Below, piece after piece: positions 13,591 to 26,149 of a DNA stretch of 64,000 bases. This DNA comes from Mustelus asterias (taxonomy: Eukaryota): contig NW_027590802.1 in assembly GCF_964213995.1 (NCBI RefSeq), forward strand, positions 1 to 64,000, given 5' to 3'. Under the pieces are notes generated by a model, which had not been told where the DNA came from, searched no databases, and saw nothing but the letters and a program-made list of their open reading frames with translations. Every line of letters starts with the position of its first letter. Positions within the stretch are counted from its first letter, which is position 1. The translations under genes and the position numbers were made by a program.

Positions 13591-14779
13591 GAGGAGGAGG
13601 GGGGGATTGTGGGTGTGGAGGAGAGAGATTGTTGAGGAGAAAGGGGGTGTGGCAGTGAGAGGGAGAGTGATGAGATGAGAGGTGGTGTATTGTGATGAGG
13701 GGGGTTTGTTGAGGTGAGAGGGGGAAAGTTAAAATGAGATGGTGGGAGTTGAGGTGAGGCAATGTGCTGAGATGAGAAGGGAGAGCGGACGTGATGGGGG
13801 GAGAATGTTGTGGTGAGACAGAGGGTGGGATTTGTCCCCCACGCTCACCCCTAAATCGGATAATCCCGCCAGAGGTAATGGGATCTTCACACGGTCTGTG
13901 CCCATCTGCTCCGACTCCCATGCGGTGTGGGACGGGAGATTTATCTCTTGGGGATCTTGAGGTGAGAGTGTGAAGCTGGGTGAAGAGTGTAGAGATCAGA
14001 TGGGTAGTGTTGTGGTGGTTGGGGTAATGTACAGGCGAGCAGGGAGGATTGTTCTGAGGGGGGAATATGTTAAGGTGGGAGGGGGAGAGTTGTGTTGAGT
14101 GGTGGAGTGTTGAGTTGAGAGGTGGTGTTCTGGTGAGAGGGCTGATGTTGTCAGTGGGAGAATGTAGATGTGAGAAGTTGAGTGTTGAGGTGAGAATTGG
14201 CCTGTTGCGATGAGAAGGAATATGTTGCGGTACGGGGATGTGTGTTCAGGATTGGGGAAGTGTGTTGAGATGGAGGAGAGTGTTAAATTGAGGGTGTGGT
14301 TTTGAGGGGTGAGAGTGTTGAGGTGAGTAGGGGAGTTTTGACATGAGAGGGACATTGTTCCATTGAGGCACGGCAGTGTTAAGGTAATGGGGCATGTCGA
14401 GCTGAGAGAAGGAATGTTCATGTGAGAGGGCTGTGTTGATGTGTGAGGGGGAGTATTAAGGAGAGCGGGGAGTGTTTAGATAGGAATGGTCGCTGAGATC
14501 AGAAGGGGTGGGTTTTGAGATAAGGGAGGTGTGGATCGCAGGCGGTGAATTCGGATGTGAGAGGGAGAATTTAGATGTGAGATGGATAGTGTTGAGGAGA
14601 AAGGGTGTAATGTCTGTGTGATAGAGATTGGGTAGAGAGGGGAAGGGGAGTATGGAGGTGAGCAGGGGGGGGGGGTGTTGAGAAAAGGGTGTGTATTGAA
14701 GTGACAGGATAGTGTTGGTGTGAGAGGGAGCGTGTTTTGGTAATGGGGAGTCCTGAGTTGAGAGCGAGAGTGTTAATGT

Positions 14780-15395
14780 TGTCATGTGAATGAACCTTTA
14801 AGAATGTTTTGTTGAATCTTGCAGCTTACATGGAGGTGGAGATAAGCTGTGGCAGTCAGGTCATCATTTTTTTTCCTTTTGGTCTTTTAGTTTAGTTTTG
14901 GGAAGCAGTTTAGTGGAAGCTAAGAAGCAATCTCTTTCTCCCTCGTCCTGTCCTCTTTTTAAAAAGCTGTGTTTTGCAAACAGAATCGGCTACAACCTCT
15001 TCTGAGTTTCTTCTCAGGGGATTTTGAGCATTCAGCCCAGGAGGCTGGACACATGTAATAATTCGGCACTTACCTCTGCTGTATTGTGGTGATTTAGAGG
15101 GTTTTGTGGATTGGATGTTGGCTTTGGTTGGAACACACTCGAGATATTTCCTTCAGAGTTATACATGATAGTGTTTCTTGTTTGTAAATGTTAAAAGTTC
15201 TTGCTAATTGTCTTCCTATACATGTCAACAATATTCTTAATTAAACTTTGTTTTGAATAAAAGTTCCTTGTGGGTCAGTTGACTCACACTTGAAGTGAAA
15301 CCTCTCGTGCTCCTTCTAGCCAGATTCAAGGTAAAGCGTTACAGGTCACTGGAGCTTCATGGAACACCTGGAAGTATCCAACCTGACTGATAACA
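14780..15395 (+). mobile_element. Putative 5' LTR of a Gypsy-like retrotransposon
   Basis: Begins TGTCATG at the abrupt end of the G-rich domain and ends ...ATAACA. AATAAA at 15256. Immediately followed by a primer-binding site. Confidence 0.6.
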
Positions 15396-15397
15396 AC

Positions 15398-15413
15398 TGG
15401 GGGCTCCGGGGTT
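15398..15413 (+). promoter_or_regulatory. tRNA-Pro-type primer binding site
   Basis: TGGGGGCTCCGGGGTT lies 2 nt after the LTR-terminal CA. The canonical Pro PBS is TGGGGGCTCGTCCGGGAT. Confidence 0.65.
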
Positions 15414-15535
15414 GAAATCTGTCTGTTTTGATTGATTTGGGATTAGTGAACTCAAAGACAGTGAGTGGTGCGCAGATTTGTGTTTTCTTTTCAGGTGTTG
15501 TATTGAAGTTTAAATAGGGAGTGTGGTTTGGATTG

Positions 15536-16005
15536 ATGGCTCTTTCAGAGGCTCAGAAGTTTCTGCGGGTGGAGAAATTCATGCAAGTGACCTTACAGAT
15601 GGTGACTAAAGCAAAGCTTTTGGAATTGGAAACGCATTGACGTTGACATTATCTGACAGATTACGGAAAGAAGAGATAATTGTGGCGATAGCACAGGATT
15701 TGGAATTGTCAGAAGCTCAGTCAGAATCGTTGGAAATGGCGAGAATTCAGTTACAAATGAAACTGACTGAATACAAAAAATAATTAAAACTCTTTGAATT
15801 GCAGGCAAACGGAATGGAAAGGGAGGAACAGTAAGCAAAATAATTAAATCTATATGAATTACAAGCAAATGAGAAAAAAGGAGGCAAGGGAAAGGGAGAA
15901 GGAAAAATAGACTTTGAACTTCAGACACTGGCCTTCAAATATAAACATCGGGTACGATTGGCGGAGTAAAGGGCAAAGTACAGACTGAGGGTAGTGATGA
16001 GGATA
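15536..16005 (+). pseudogene. Degenerate gag-like N-terminus of the LTR element, truncated by CR1
   Basis: An ATG downstream of the PBS reads MALSEAQKFLRVEKF..., followed by coiled-coil-like E/K/L-rich sequence with stops and frameshifts. Confidence 0.5.
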
Positions 16006-16009
16006 GTGA

Positions 16010-17150
16010 GAGAATGAGGGGCAGAACATCAATCAGGAGATAGGAAAGGCCGATACAAAAGGAAAGGTTTCAATAATCATGGGGGACTTCAATATGCAGG
16101 AGGACTGGGAAAATCAGGTAGGTAGTGGATCCCAAGAAAAGGAAAGTGTGGAATGTCTGACAGATGGCTTTTTAGAGCAGCTTGTGACAGAGCCGACTAG
16201 GGAACAGGCAATTCTGGATTTAGTGATGTGTAATGAGGCAGATTTGATTAGGGAACTTAAGGTGAAGGAACCCTTAGGGAGCAGTGACCAAAACATGATA
16301 GAATTTACCCCGCAGTTTGAGAGGAAGGAGCTGGAGTCAGATGTAACGGTATTACAATTAAATAAAGGTAGCTACGAGGACATGAGGGAGGAGCTGGCCA
16401 GAGTTGATTGGAAAGGGAGCCTGGCAGGGAAGACAGTGGAACATCAATGGCAGGAGATTTTGAGAGTTATTCCAGAGGCACAACAGAAATTCTTCCCAAG
16501 GAGGAAGAAACATGCCACAGGGAGGACGAGGCATCCATGGCTGATGGGGAAGTCAAGGACGGGATAAAAGCAAAAGAAAAAGCATAGAAAGTGGCAAGGA
16601 TTAGTGGGAAGGCAGAGGATTGGGAAGCCTTTAAAAGCGAGCAGAGGACAACTAAAAAAGCAATAAGGGGGGAGAAGATGAAATATGAGTGTAAGCCAGC
16701 TTGTAATATAAAAGAAGATAGGAAGAGTGTTTTTCAAGATATAAAAGGTAAGAGAGAGAGGCAAAAATAGCCATTGGACCACTGGAAAATGAGACTGGAG
16801 AAGGAGTAATAGGAAACAAAGAAATGGCAGAGGAACTGAATAGTTACTTTGCATCAGTCTTCACGGTGGAAGACACCAGTGGGATGCCAGAGCTCCTGGA
16901 GAGTCAGAGTGCACAGGTGGGTGTAGTGGCCATCACTAAGGAGAAGGTTCTGGGGAAACTGAAAGGTCTGTCGGTGGATAAATCACCTGGACCGGATGGA
17001 CTACACCCCAGGATTCTATTCGAGATAGGTGAGGAAATTGTGGAGGCATTGGTGGTGATCTTTCAGGAATCACTGGAGGCAGGGAGTAACTAATGTAACA
17101 CCTGTTTAAGTAAGGAGGTAGGCAGCAGACAGGAAATTATAGGTCGGTTA
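16010..17150 (+). mobile_element. CR1 LINE ORF2 fragment (endonuclease to early RT), 3'-truncated
   Basis: Motifs MGDFN, LDLV, KSPGPDGLHPR; contains stops and frameshifts. Confidence 0.9.
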
Positions 17151-19180
17151 TTAGTCGTTTAGGGGATGAGAAGGGAGATGTAATAACTGGAAATTTAAAA
17201 ATGGCTGTGGCATTAAACAGGTATTTTGTGTCGGTCTTCACAGTGGAAGACAGAAATAACATGCCAAATATTGATGACAGGAAGGCTATGGCAGGTGAGG
17301 CTCTAGAAACTATCATTATCACTAAAGAGGTAGTGTTGGGCAAGTTAATGGGGCTAAAGGTAGACAAGTCTCCTGGCCCTGATGGAATGCATCCCAAGGT
17401 ATTAAAATAAATGGTGGGGGAAATAGCAAATGCAGCAGTGGAAATTTACCAAAATTGGACTCTGGGGTGTTCGTCGCAGATTGAAAAACAGCAAATGTGA
17501 CACCACTGTTTAAAAAAGGATGTAGACTAAAAGCAGGAAACTTTAGACCAGTTAGTTCAACTTCTGGAGTAGGGAAATGCTTGGTTCTATCATCAAGGAA
17601 GAAATCGCGAGACATCTGGATATAAGTTGTCCCATTGGTAAGGCGCAGCATTGGTAAGGCTGCAGAAGATTCGGGTACACGGAGTTGGGGGTAAAGTGTT
17701 AGCGTGGATTGAGGATTGGCTTTCTCACAGGAAGCAGCGTTGGAATAAATGTGTGCTTTTCTGGATGGCAGTTGGTGACTCGTGGCGTGCCGCAGAGATC
17801 GGTGCTGGGGCCTCAACTGTTTACCAAATACAGAGATGATCTGGAGGAGGGGACCGAGTGTAGGGTAACAAAGTTTGCGGATGATACAAAGATGAGTGGG
17901 AAAGCGAATTGCGTGGAGGATGCGGAAAGCCTGCAGAGAGATTTGGATAGGCTAAGTGAGTGGGCAAGGATCTGGCAGATGGAGTATAACGTTGACAAGT
18001 GTGAGGTTATCCACTTTGGAAGGGATAGTAGTAAAATTGACTACTATTTAAATGGTGAAAAATTACAACATGCTACTGTGCAGAGGGACCTGGGGGTTCT
18101 TGTGCATGAATCACAAAAACTCAGTTTGCAGGTGCAGCAGGTGATCAAGAAGGCAAATGGAATCTTGGCCTTTATCGCGAGAGGGATGGATTATAAAAGC
18201 AGGGAGGTCTCGCTGCAATTGTACAGGGTACTGGTGAGGCCGCAACTAGAGTACTGTGTGCAATTTTGGTCCCCTTATTTGCGGAAGGACGTATTGGCCT
18301 TGGAGGGAGTACAGAGAAGGTTCACCAGATTGATACCGGAGATGAGGGGTTTAGCTTATGAGGAGAGATTCAGTAGATTGGACCTGTACTCGTTTGAGTT
18401 TAGAAGGCTGAGGGGAGATCTTATAGAGACATATAAGATAATGAAGGGGCTCGACAGGGTAGAGGCAGAGAGATCCTTTCCACGTGGAAGGGAAACCAGA
18501 ACAAGAGGACACAGCCTGAAAATAAGGGGGAGGCAGTTTAGAACAGAGTTGAGGAGGAACATCTTCTCTCAGAGGGTAGTGAATCTCTGGAATTCTCTGC
18601 CCATTGAAGCAGTGGAGGCTACCTCGTTGAATATGTTTAAATCACAGGTAGATAGATTTCTGATCAATAAGGGAATTAAGGGTTATGGGGAGCGGGCGGG
18701 TAAGTGGAACTAAAGCACTATCAGATCAGCCATGATCTTATTGAATGGCGGGGCAGACTCGAGGGGCTAGATGGCCTACTCCTGCTCCTATTTCTTATGT
18801 TCTTATGATCGAGCATGGCTTCATGAAGGGAAGGTCATGTGTGCCTAATTTGGTGGAATTCTTTGAGAACATTACATGTGCAGTGGGCATTGGGAAACCT
18901 GTTGATGTGGTGGATCTAGATTTCCAGAAGGCATTTGACAAGGTGCCGCACCAAAGACTGCTGCATAAGATAAAGGTGCATGATGTTACGGGTAATGTAT
19001 TAGCATGGATGGAGGATTGATTAACTAACAGAAAGCAAAGAGTGGGGGTAAGTGAGCGTTTTTTCGGTTGACGATCAGTGACTAGAAGTGTGCCTCAGGG
19101 ATCAGTGTTGGGACCGCAATTGTTTATGATTTACATAGATGATTTGGAGTTGGGGACCAAGTGTAGTGTGACAAACTTCC
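17151..19180 (+). mobile_element. CR1 LINE fragment (17151-17650 and 18808-19180) interrupted by a younger CR1
   Basis: Left part ends ...GKAQH and right part resumes HGFMKGRSC...DFQKAFDKVPH. The sequence agcat is duplicated at both junctions. Confidence 0.8.
17651..18807 (+). mobile_element. 5'-truncated CR1 LINE nested in the previous CR1
   Basis: 334-aa RT frame (GVPQRSVLGP, KFADDTK, LEYCVQFW), 3' UTR and ttcttatg tail. Confidence 0.92.
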
Positions 19181-19219
19181 AATAATTCCAACTGATTGTT
19201 ATCGTTAATGTCATTAAAT

Positions 19220-19895
19220 ATGTCTCTCTCTGTCTCTTTCTGTCTTTATGTGCATCCCTCTCTCTGTATCTCTCTCTCTCTCTCTGCCTGTTTCTCTGTC
19301 TCTTACCGTCTCTCTGCATCTCCCTCATTCACCTTCTCTCTACACACTTCCTCTGTGTCTCCTTCCCCTTCTCAGTCTCACTCTCCTTTTCCCTCTCCTT
19401 CTCTGTTCCCCTTTGCTTATTTCTCTGTCTTTCTCTCTCTCTGCATCACTCTGTCTTTTGCTCTTGCTGTGTCCATTCTACTTATTCAGCCTCACTGTTT
19501 AAAATTCGCTGACGCTCTCTGTCTCTGTATCTGTTTCTCTCTGCCTCCCTTTCTGTCTCCCTTTCTGTCTTAGTCTCGCTCTCTCATTACATCCTCCCAT
19601 CTGTCTCCCCCTGTCTCCCTTTCTCATTCCCTGTCCATCGCCCTCCCCATTTCCCCCAATCTCTATCCCTGTTTTTCTCGCTCTGTGAGAGTCCCTATCG
19701 GTCTCTGTCCTTTCTCTCTGTCTCTCTCCCTCTCTCACTGTCTCTGTTTCTATCCCTGAACCTGTTAGAAACTCTTTCAAAATTTGTCACACTCCATTAT
19801 TTGTGCCCTTCCCTCTCTCTGTCTCTCTATCACTCTCACTGTTGCTCTCACTGCCCCCTCTCTCTCTCTCTATCTGTCACTCTTTCTGTCTCTGT
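19220..19895. repeat. Degenerate CT-rich low-complexity/microsatellite tract
   Basis: (CT)n/(CTGT)n-like polypyrimidine sequence just 3' of the GPCR stop codon. Confidence 0.85.
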
Positions 19896-19966
19896 GAGGC
19901 TGTTTGTTATGTGTAGTTTGAATGTCCAATAGGAAGAGTCAGGGGTCTTGTGGTTGTAGTTTCCTC

Positions 19967-20868
19967 TCAGGTTTTAATGAGTCGACGAATTGCAGTAAGG
20001 GGAGCTTTCAGCAGATTTTTCAGCTGCTGCCTGAAGTGAGTCTGTGTCACAGCATAAATGACAGTGTTTGTGCAGCAACTCCGGAGTTGCAGCATGAAGC
20101 CCAGATCCATAACAAAGTAATCTAACCACACTAACCGGAAGCCCAAATTATACATCTGACCCCATATTGAAAAGACCATTAATGTTGACCATAAGAGGAT
20201 GAAATTGGCTGAGATAACAAACAGTAAAATGATGGATTTCCTTCGTCTCTCCATCTCTAGGTCTCTGGGAGTCTCCCCACTGCTGTGAGCCCGGAGTCTC
20301 CTGCGGGCTCTGCTGCTCACTAAAATGTGTCTGACGGTGAAAGCATTGAGCAGCAGAATCAGGACGAATGGGACAGTCGGGGTTAGAATGTGGTGGAGGA
20401 TCTCGATTGTTACCCAGACCGGAGAGAACATAACATCCATTGTGAAGCCACAAAACGAGGGGTTGTTCATCAGCCAATATCCACTTAATGACTTAAAATA
20501 CCAGAAAATGTTCTTTAAACAGCTCAGCATCGTCACTGTTCCCAGAACCACAGCCGCCGATTTCTCACTACAATATTTACTCTTCAGCTTGGAGCAGCAA
20601 ATGGCCACAAATCGATCAAAGGTGAAAGTGACGGTGAACCAGACAGAACAGTCAGTGGCTGCATACACCAAGACGGCGTGGATATTACACACGGGGAGCG
20701 AGTACAGGAAAGAAAACTGTTCCCAATAAACAATGGGAATGTGTCTCAATATCAGGTCGAGGATAACGACCAGCAGATCCCCCGCTGACATGGCCACCAG
20801 GTAACGAGTGACACATTTGGACAGACCACAGTTTCTGCTCGTCAGTGTCACAATTGTGATTATGTTCA
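19967..20868 (-). CDS. GPR139/GPR142-like orphan class A GPCR, gene 1, exon 2
   Basis: Open frame carrying TM1(end)-TM7: VNIITIV, YLVAM..DLL, TFDRFVAIC, PFVLILLLN, RRKSIILLF, SCCTN..IY. Acceptor ttcctgacag on the minus strand ends at 20869; phase 1. Confidence 0.93.
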
Positions 20869-20989
20869 CTGTCAGGAAGGAAAATAAAGAATGAAATTAG
20901 ATATGATTCAGGGGAAGAAATTACAATTCAGACTGAGGACGGGTGAAAATAGAAATAATGTACACACACACAGAATAATTAAATCTATG

Positions 20990-21170
20990 CTTTTAGAAAA
21001 TCCAGCACGTCTTTTGCAGCGTGTGAGAGGAAAGTGGAGTACCTGGAGGCAACCCCCACAGACACGGGGAGAAGGTCCAAACTCCACACAGACAGTGACT
21101 CACGCCTGGAATTGAACCCAGGTCCCTGATGCTGATAGTCAGCAGTGCTAACCACTGTGTCACCATGCTG
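20990..21170 (-). mobile_element. HE1/V-SINE-type tRNA-derived SINE (partial)
   Basis: Reverse complement of the ...acagtggttagcactgctg...gtcactgtctgtgtggagttt head. Confidence 0.85.
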
Positions 21171-21784
21171 CTCCATGGTAGCGACACAATGGTATACACT
21201 TGAGTGAGAGTTTTCCGGGGAGTCCACAACATTGACCCTCACTCAGCTACGGGTGAATAGCCCCTCTACCTTGTGGGGGATTTGGAGGGTAAGAAGGCTG
21301 AGGGAGTAAACCCTGTCAGAAAAGCCGGAGTGGAGTACTGTAGGTGGTTATCTGTCGTCTCTCAGACAGCTTACTGACAACCCCTGCAGCAGAGCTGGTA
21401 CCAAACAGTACTGGCTTCACCCTTGCCTCTGGACAATACTAAAAGTTGGCAGAGGGAGATCCTGATGCCTCAACAGTTCCGACTCTATTATACTTACACA
21501 GGACTGTACCCTGGAGAGGAGACCACAGCATTGTGGCCACCGGTAGCACAACACAGGAAGAAACAGTAATCTCACACTCGATTGGCACAGAACACAACTA
21601 CCAGGGTTTGCTTTCAACAGTGGGAGAAAACTTCAGGGTTCAGTGAATAGCTACTGTCTCGAGTGCCCAGTGCGTTTGCTGCTCTCCCACTATGGCCTAC
21701 TGGACCACTGAAGCTTAGTGAGTCCTCTCTCAGCAGGAAAGTTGCTAATCTATGCACGAAGTAAGAAAAACTCAAACCAAGGCC

Positions 21785-24280
21785 GGGACCAAAGAAAAGC
21801 CAAGCGGTCTGCCTTAATGACTATCGTCCGGTGACTCGAACATTCAATATTATGAAATGCATCAAAGATTAGTCATGGCATAAATCAAATCCAGCCCCCC
21901 AGATTGTCTGGATCCACTACAGTTCACCTACCGCCACAACGTCCACAGACGCCATCTCCCTCACCCTGCAGTGAACCCTGGAACACAGACTCGTGTTTAT
22001 CGACTTCAGCTCATAATAAGAACATAAGAAATAGGAGCAGGAGTAGGCCATCTAGCCCCTCGAGCCTGCCCCGCCATTCAATAAGATCATGGCTGATCTG
22101 ACGTGGATCAGTACCACTTACCCGCCTGATCCCCATAACCCTTAATTCCCTTACCGCTCAGGAATCCATCCATCCGCGCTTTAAACATATTCAGCGAGGT
22201 AGCCTCCACCACCTCAGTGGGCAGAGAATTCCAGAGATTCACCACCCTCTGGGAGAAGAAGTTCCTCCTCAACTCTGTCTTAAACCGACCCCCCTTTATT
22301 TTGAGGCGGTGTCCTCTAGTTTTAACTTCCTTACTAAGTGGAAAGAATCTCTCCGCCTCCACCCTATCCAGCCCCCGCATTATCTTATAAGTCTCCATAA
22401 GATCCCCCCTCATCCTTCTAAACTCCAACGAGTAAAAAACCCAATCTCCTCAGCCTCTCCTCATAATCCAAACCCCTCATCTCCGGTATCAACCTGGTGA
22501 ACCTTCTCTGCACTCCCTCCAATGCCAATATATCCTTCCTCATATAAGGGGACCAATACTGCACACAGTATTCCAGCTGCGGCCTCACCAATGCCCTGTA
22601 CAGGTGCATCAAGACATCCCTGCTTTTATATTCTATCCCCCTCGCAATATAGGCCAACATCCCATTTGCCTTCTTGATCACCTGTTGTACCTGCAGACTG
22701 GGCTTTTGCGTCTCATGCACAAGGACCCCCAGGTCCCTTTGCACGGTAGCATGTTTTAATTTGTTTCCATTGAGATAGTAATCCCATTTGTTATTATTTC
22801 CTCCAAAGTGTATAACCTCGCATTTCTCAACGTTATACTCCATTTGCCATATCCTCGCCCACTCACTCAGCCTGTCCAAATCTCTCTGCAGATCTTCTCC
22901 GTCCTCCACACGATTCACTTTTCCACTTATCTTTGTGTCGTCTGCAAACTTCGTTACCCTACACTCCGTCCCCTCCTCCAGATCATCTATATAAATGGTA
23001 AACAGTTGCGGCCCGAGTACCGATCCCTGCGGCACGCCACTAGTTACCTTCCTCCAACCGGAAAAACACCCATTTATTCCGACTCTTTGCTTCCTGTCGG
23101 ATAGCCAGTCCCCAATCCACTTTAACACACTACCCCCAACTCCGTGTGCCCTAATCTTCTTCAGCAGCCTTTTATGGGGCACCTTATCAAACGCCTTTTG
23201 GAAATCCAAAAACACCGCATCCACCGGTTCTCCTCCATCAACCGCCCTAGTCACATCTTCATAAAAATCCAACATGTTCGTCAAGCACGACTTTCCCCTC
23301 ATGAATCCATGCTGCGTCTGATTGATCGAACCATTTCTATCCAGATGCCCTGCTATCTCCTCCTTAATAATGGATTCCAGCATTTTCCCTACTACAGACG
23401 TTAAGCTGACCGGCCTATAGTTACCCGCCTTTTGTCTCCTTCCTTTTTTAAACAGCGGCGTAACATTAGCCGTTTTCCAATCAACCGGCACTACCCCAGA
23501 ATGCAACGAGTTTTGATAAATAATCACTAACGCATCCACTATTACCTCTGACATTTCTTTCAATACCCTGGGATGCATTCCATCCGGACCCGGGGACTTG
23601 TCCACCTTCAGTCCCATTAGTCTACCCAGCACTGCCTCTCTGGTAACATTAATCGTATTAAGTATTTCTCCTGCTGCCAACCCTTTATCGTTAATATCAT
23701 TAGTCTACCCAGCACTGCCTCTCTGGTAACATTAATCGTATTAAGTATTTCTCCTGCTGCCAACCCTCATCCTTTATCATCATTATTCCTGCGAAACCCA
23801 TGTCCAAATTCCGTGTCCTGGGGTTCGGCTCCTGCCTCTGCAATTTGATCCGGAACTTCCTGATACGCAGAAAGCAATAAATAAGGAAAGTCAACAACAC
23901 CTCCTCCGCAATCATCCTCAACAGCGGTGCCCCACAAGGCCGTGCCCTCAGCTCCTTACTATACTCCTTATACGCCGATGACTGTGTGGCCAAATTCCCC
24001 ATCAACTCGATTTCCAAGTTTGCTGATGACACCAGTGGGTCAGATCTCAAACAACAATGAGATCGAGGACAGGGAAGAGCTAGATAATCTGGTGAACTGG
24101 GGCGACCACAATAATCTCTTCCTGAATGCCAACAAAGCAAAGGAGATAGTCATCGACTTCAGGAAGCAGAGTGGAGTACATGCCCCTGTCTAAACATTGG
24201 GGTGAAGTTCAAATGGTCGAGAGCATCAAGTTTTTATGGGTCCAGATCACCAACAACCTGTCCTGGTCCCTCCATGACGA
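21785..24280 (+). mobile_element. Rex1/Babar-like LINE RT fragment (21785-22011 and 23768-24280), split by a CR1 insertion
   Basis: LNDYRPV, LQF.YR and DFSS motifs on the left; GAPQG.VL, KFADD and KEIVIDFRK on the right. Confidence 0.75.
22012..23767 (-). mobile_element. Young 5'-truncated CR1 LINE inside the GPCR intron
   Basis: 420-aa uninterrupted RT ORF, with the C-terminus in a shifted frame; cataagaa tail. Confidence 0.95.
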
Positions 24281-24384
24281 TCCAGATAGTCTGGGGGCCG
24301 CAGCTCTTCGCGAGCAGCCCCTGACCGGAGAGAGGGCCCCCGCTTCCCCATATCCCAGACCAATCATCCACCCTTCCCCCACAC

Positions 24385-25270
24385 CAATTACATGCAGAGA
24401 GGCAGCGAGAACCCCCTCCCTACCCCACTGTGCATGCAGAGAGGCAGCGAGATTTTCCTCCCTAACCCACTGTGCATTCACAGAGGCAGTGAGATCCCCC
24501 TCCCTATCCCACTGTGCATGCAGACGCAGCGACACCCCCTTCCTACCCCACTGTGCAGCAGAGAGGCAGCGAGGCTCCCCTCCATAACCCACTGTGCATT
24601 CACAGAGGCAGCGAGAACCCCCGTCCTACCCCACTGTGTATGCAGAGAGGCAGCCAGACCCTCCCCCTACCCCACTTTGCATGCAGAGAGGCAGCGAGAC
24701 CCCCTCCCTAACCCACTGTGCATGCAGAGAGGCAGCGTGGAACCCTCCCTGCCCCACTGTGCACGCACAGAGGCAGCGAGACCCCCTCCCTACCCCACTG
24801 TGCATGCAGAGAGGCAGCGAGACCCCCTCCCTAACCCACTGTGCATGCAGAGAGGCAGCGATGCACCCTCCCTGCCCCACCGTGCATGCAGAGAGGCAGC
24901 GAGACCCCCTCACTACCCCATTGTGCATGCAGAGAGGCAGCGATGCACCCTCCCTGCCCCACCGTGCATGCAGAGAGGCAGCGAGACCCCCTTGCTACAC
25001 CACTGTGCATGCAGAGAGGCAGCGAGACCCCCTCCCTACACCACTGTGCATGCAGAGAGGCAGAGGGACACCCTCCCTACGCAACTGTGCATGTAGAGAG
25101 GAAGCACGCCCACCCTCCCTACCTCACTGTGCATGCAGAGAGGCTAAGGGTCACCCTCCCTAACCCACTGTGCATGCGGAGAGGCAGGGAGACCCCATCC
25201 CTGCCTCACCGATCGTGTGCAGAGTGGCTGGAGGACCCGCTACACTCACCAATCTCGTGCAGAGCAGCAG
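24385..25270. repeat. Minisatellite, ~43 bp unit (accccactgtgcatgcagagaggcagcgagaccccctccct), about 20 copies
   Basis: Direct tandem repetition, decaying towards the right end. Confidence 0.93.
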
Positions 25271-26149
25271 TGGGGGTGCGCTCCCTACTCCACCAATCAC
25301 ATGCAGCGTGGCATTGGGCCACTCAACTGAATGGATCAGCCCGCTCCCCAAGGGCCCATCTGCCTTCAGGACCTGCCCCTTCAACTCCCACCCCTGCAGG
25401 TCCAGCCCCTGCAGGTCCCGCTCCTGCACGCCATGGCCCACAGGCGCCGCTATCTTCAGGCTCCGCTCTGTAGACCCTGCCACCTCAGGCACCACCCCCT
25501 GGTACTGCCCGGTGGGCATTGCCCAAGGGGAACCTTCCTTTGCCCTCGACCTTGCCCGGTGTCCTCAATGGCCTTCGCTTCTACCGGTGAGGCCATCACA
25601 ACTCGTCCTCATACATGTGGCCAGCTCTTTTCCTCACTGGACACAGCCTCTCCCGGTGAGGCTGCAAAGGTAAGCGTGCCCGGACGATTACATCCCAGGC
25701 TCGCTAATTTTAATTAAATTTGTTATAAAATAAATTTCAATAATTTACTCAGCCTCTTGCCAGAAATGGGCAGGAGACTCAATCCGCCCCATTTCCGTTG
25801 CGGGTGAAGGTTGCAAGAGGCGAGAAATGGGGCGTGGACCTGAGTTCTCGGCTGTTACGCCATCCATGGGCAGGCAGTAGTTGTTATCCTGCCCCCTACC
25901 GTGTGTGTGTTGCGTGTGTCTATATTGTCTTTACCAGTATGCATGTGTGTTTGTGTGTGAGCAACAGAGTACCTGACGAGTATTCCAAAGTGTGCGTTAT
26001 TCTGGAGTGTTACAGCAATTTTGGATCTTGAATTTGTGTGTGTGCGAGTAAGTGTCTAATCTGATTGCTTCTATCAGTAAATGTCTGTATTAATATATGT
26101 GCGTTTGAGTGTGTCTGTGTGTTTGTGTTCCTGTGACTCTAGGAGAGTT

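Noticed and set aside
12155-13921. 588-aa Pro/Ser/Leu-rich ORF (extensin- or mucin-like)
   Set aside because: Product of the polypurine minisatellite read on the minus strand.
21180-21720. Possible RTE-type LINE 5' UTR
   Set aside because: Only a vague resemblance; no ORF or diagnostic motif could be verified.
24385-25270. CRISPR-like array or Cys/His-rich zinc-finger ORFs
   Set aside because: Head-to-tail minisatellite without unique spacers, in eukaryotic context; the ORFs are repeat translations.
25300-25870. GC-rich stretch, possibly a DNA-transposon remnant
   Set aside because: No terminal inverted repeats or transposase motif could be established.
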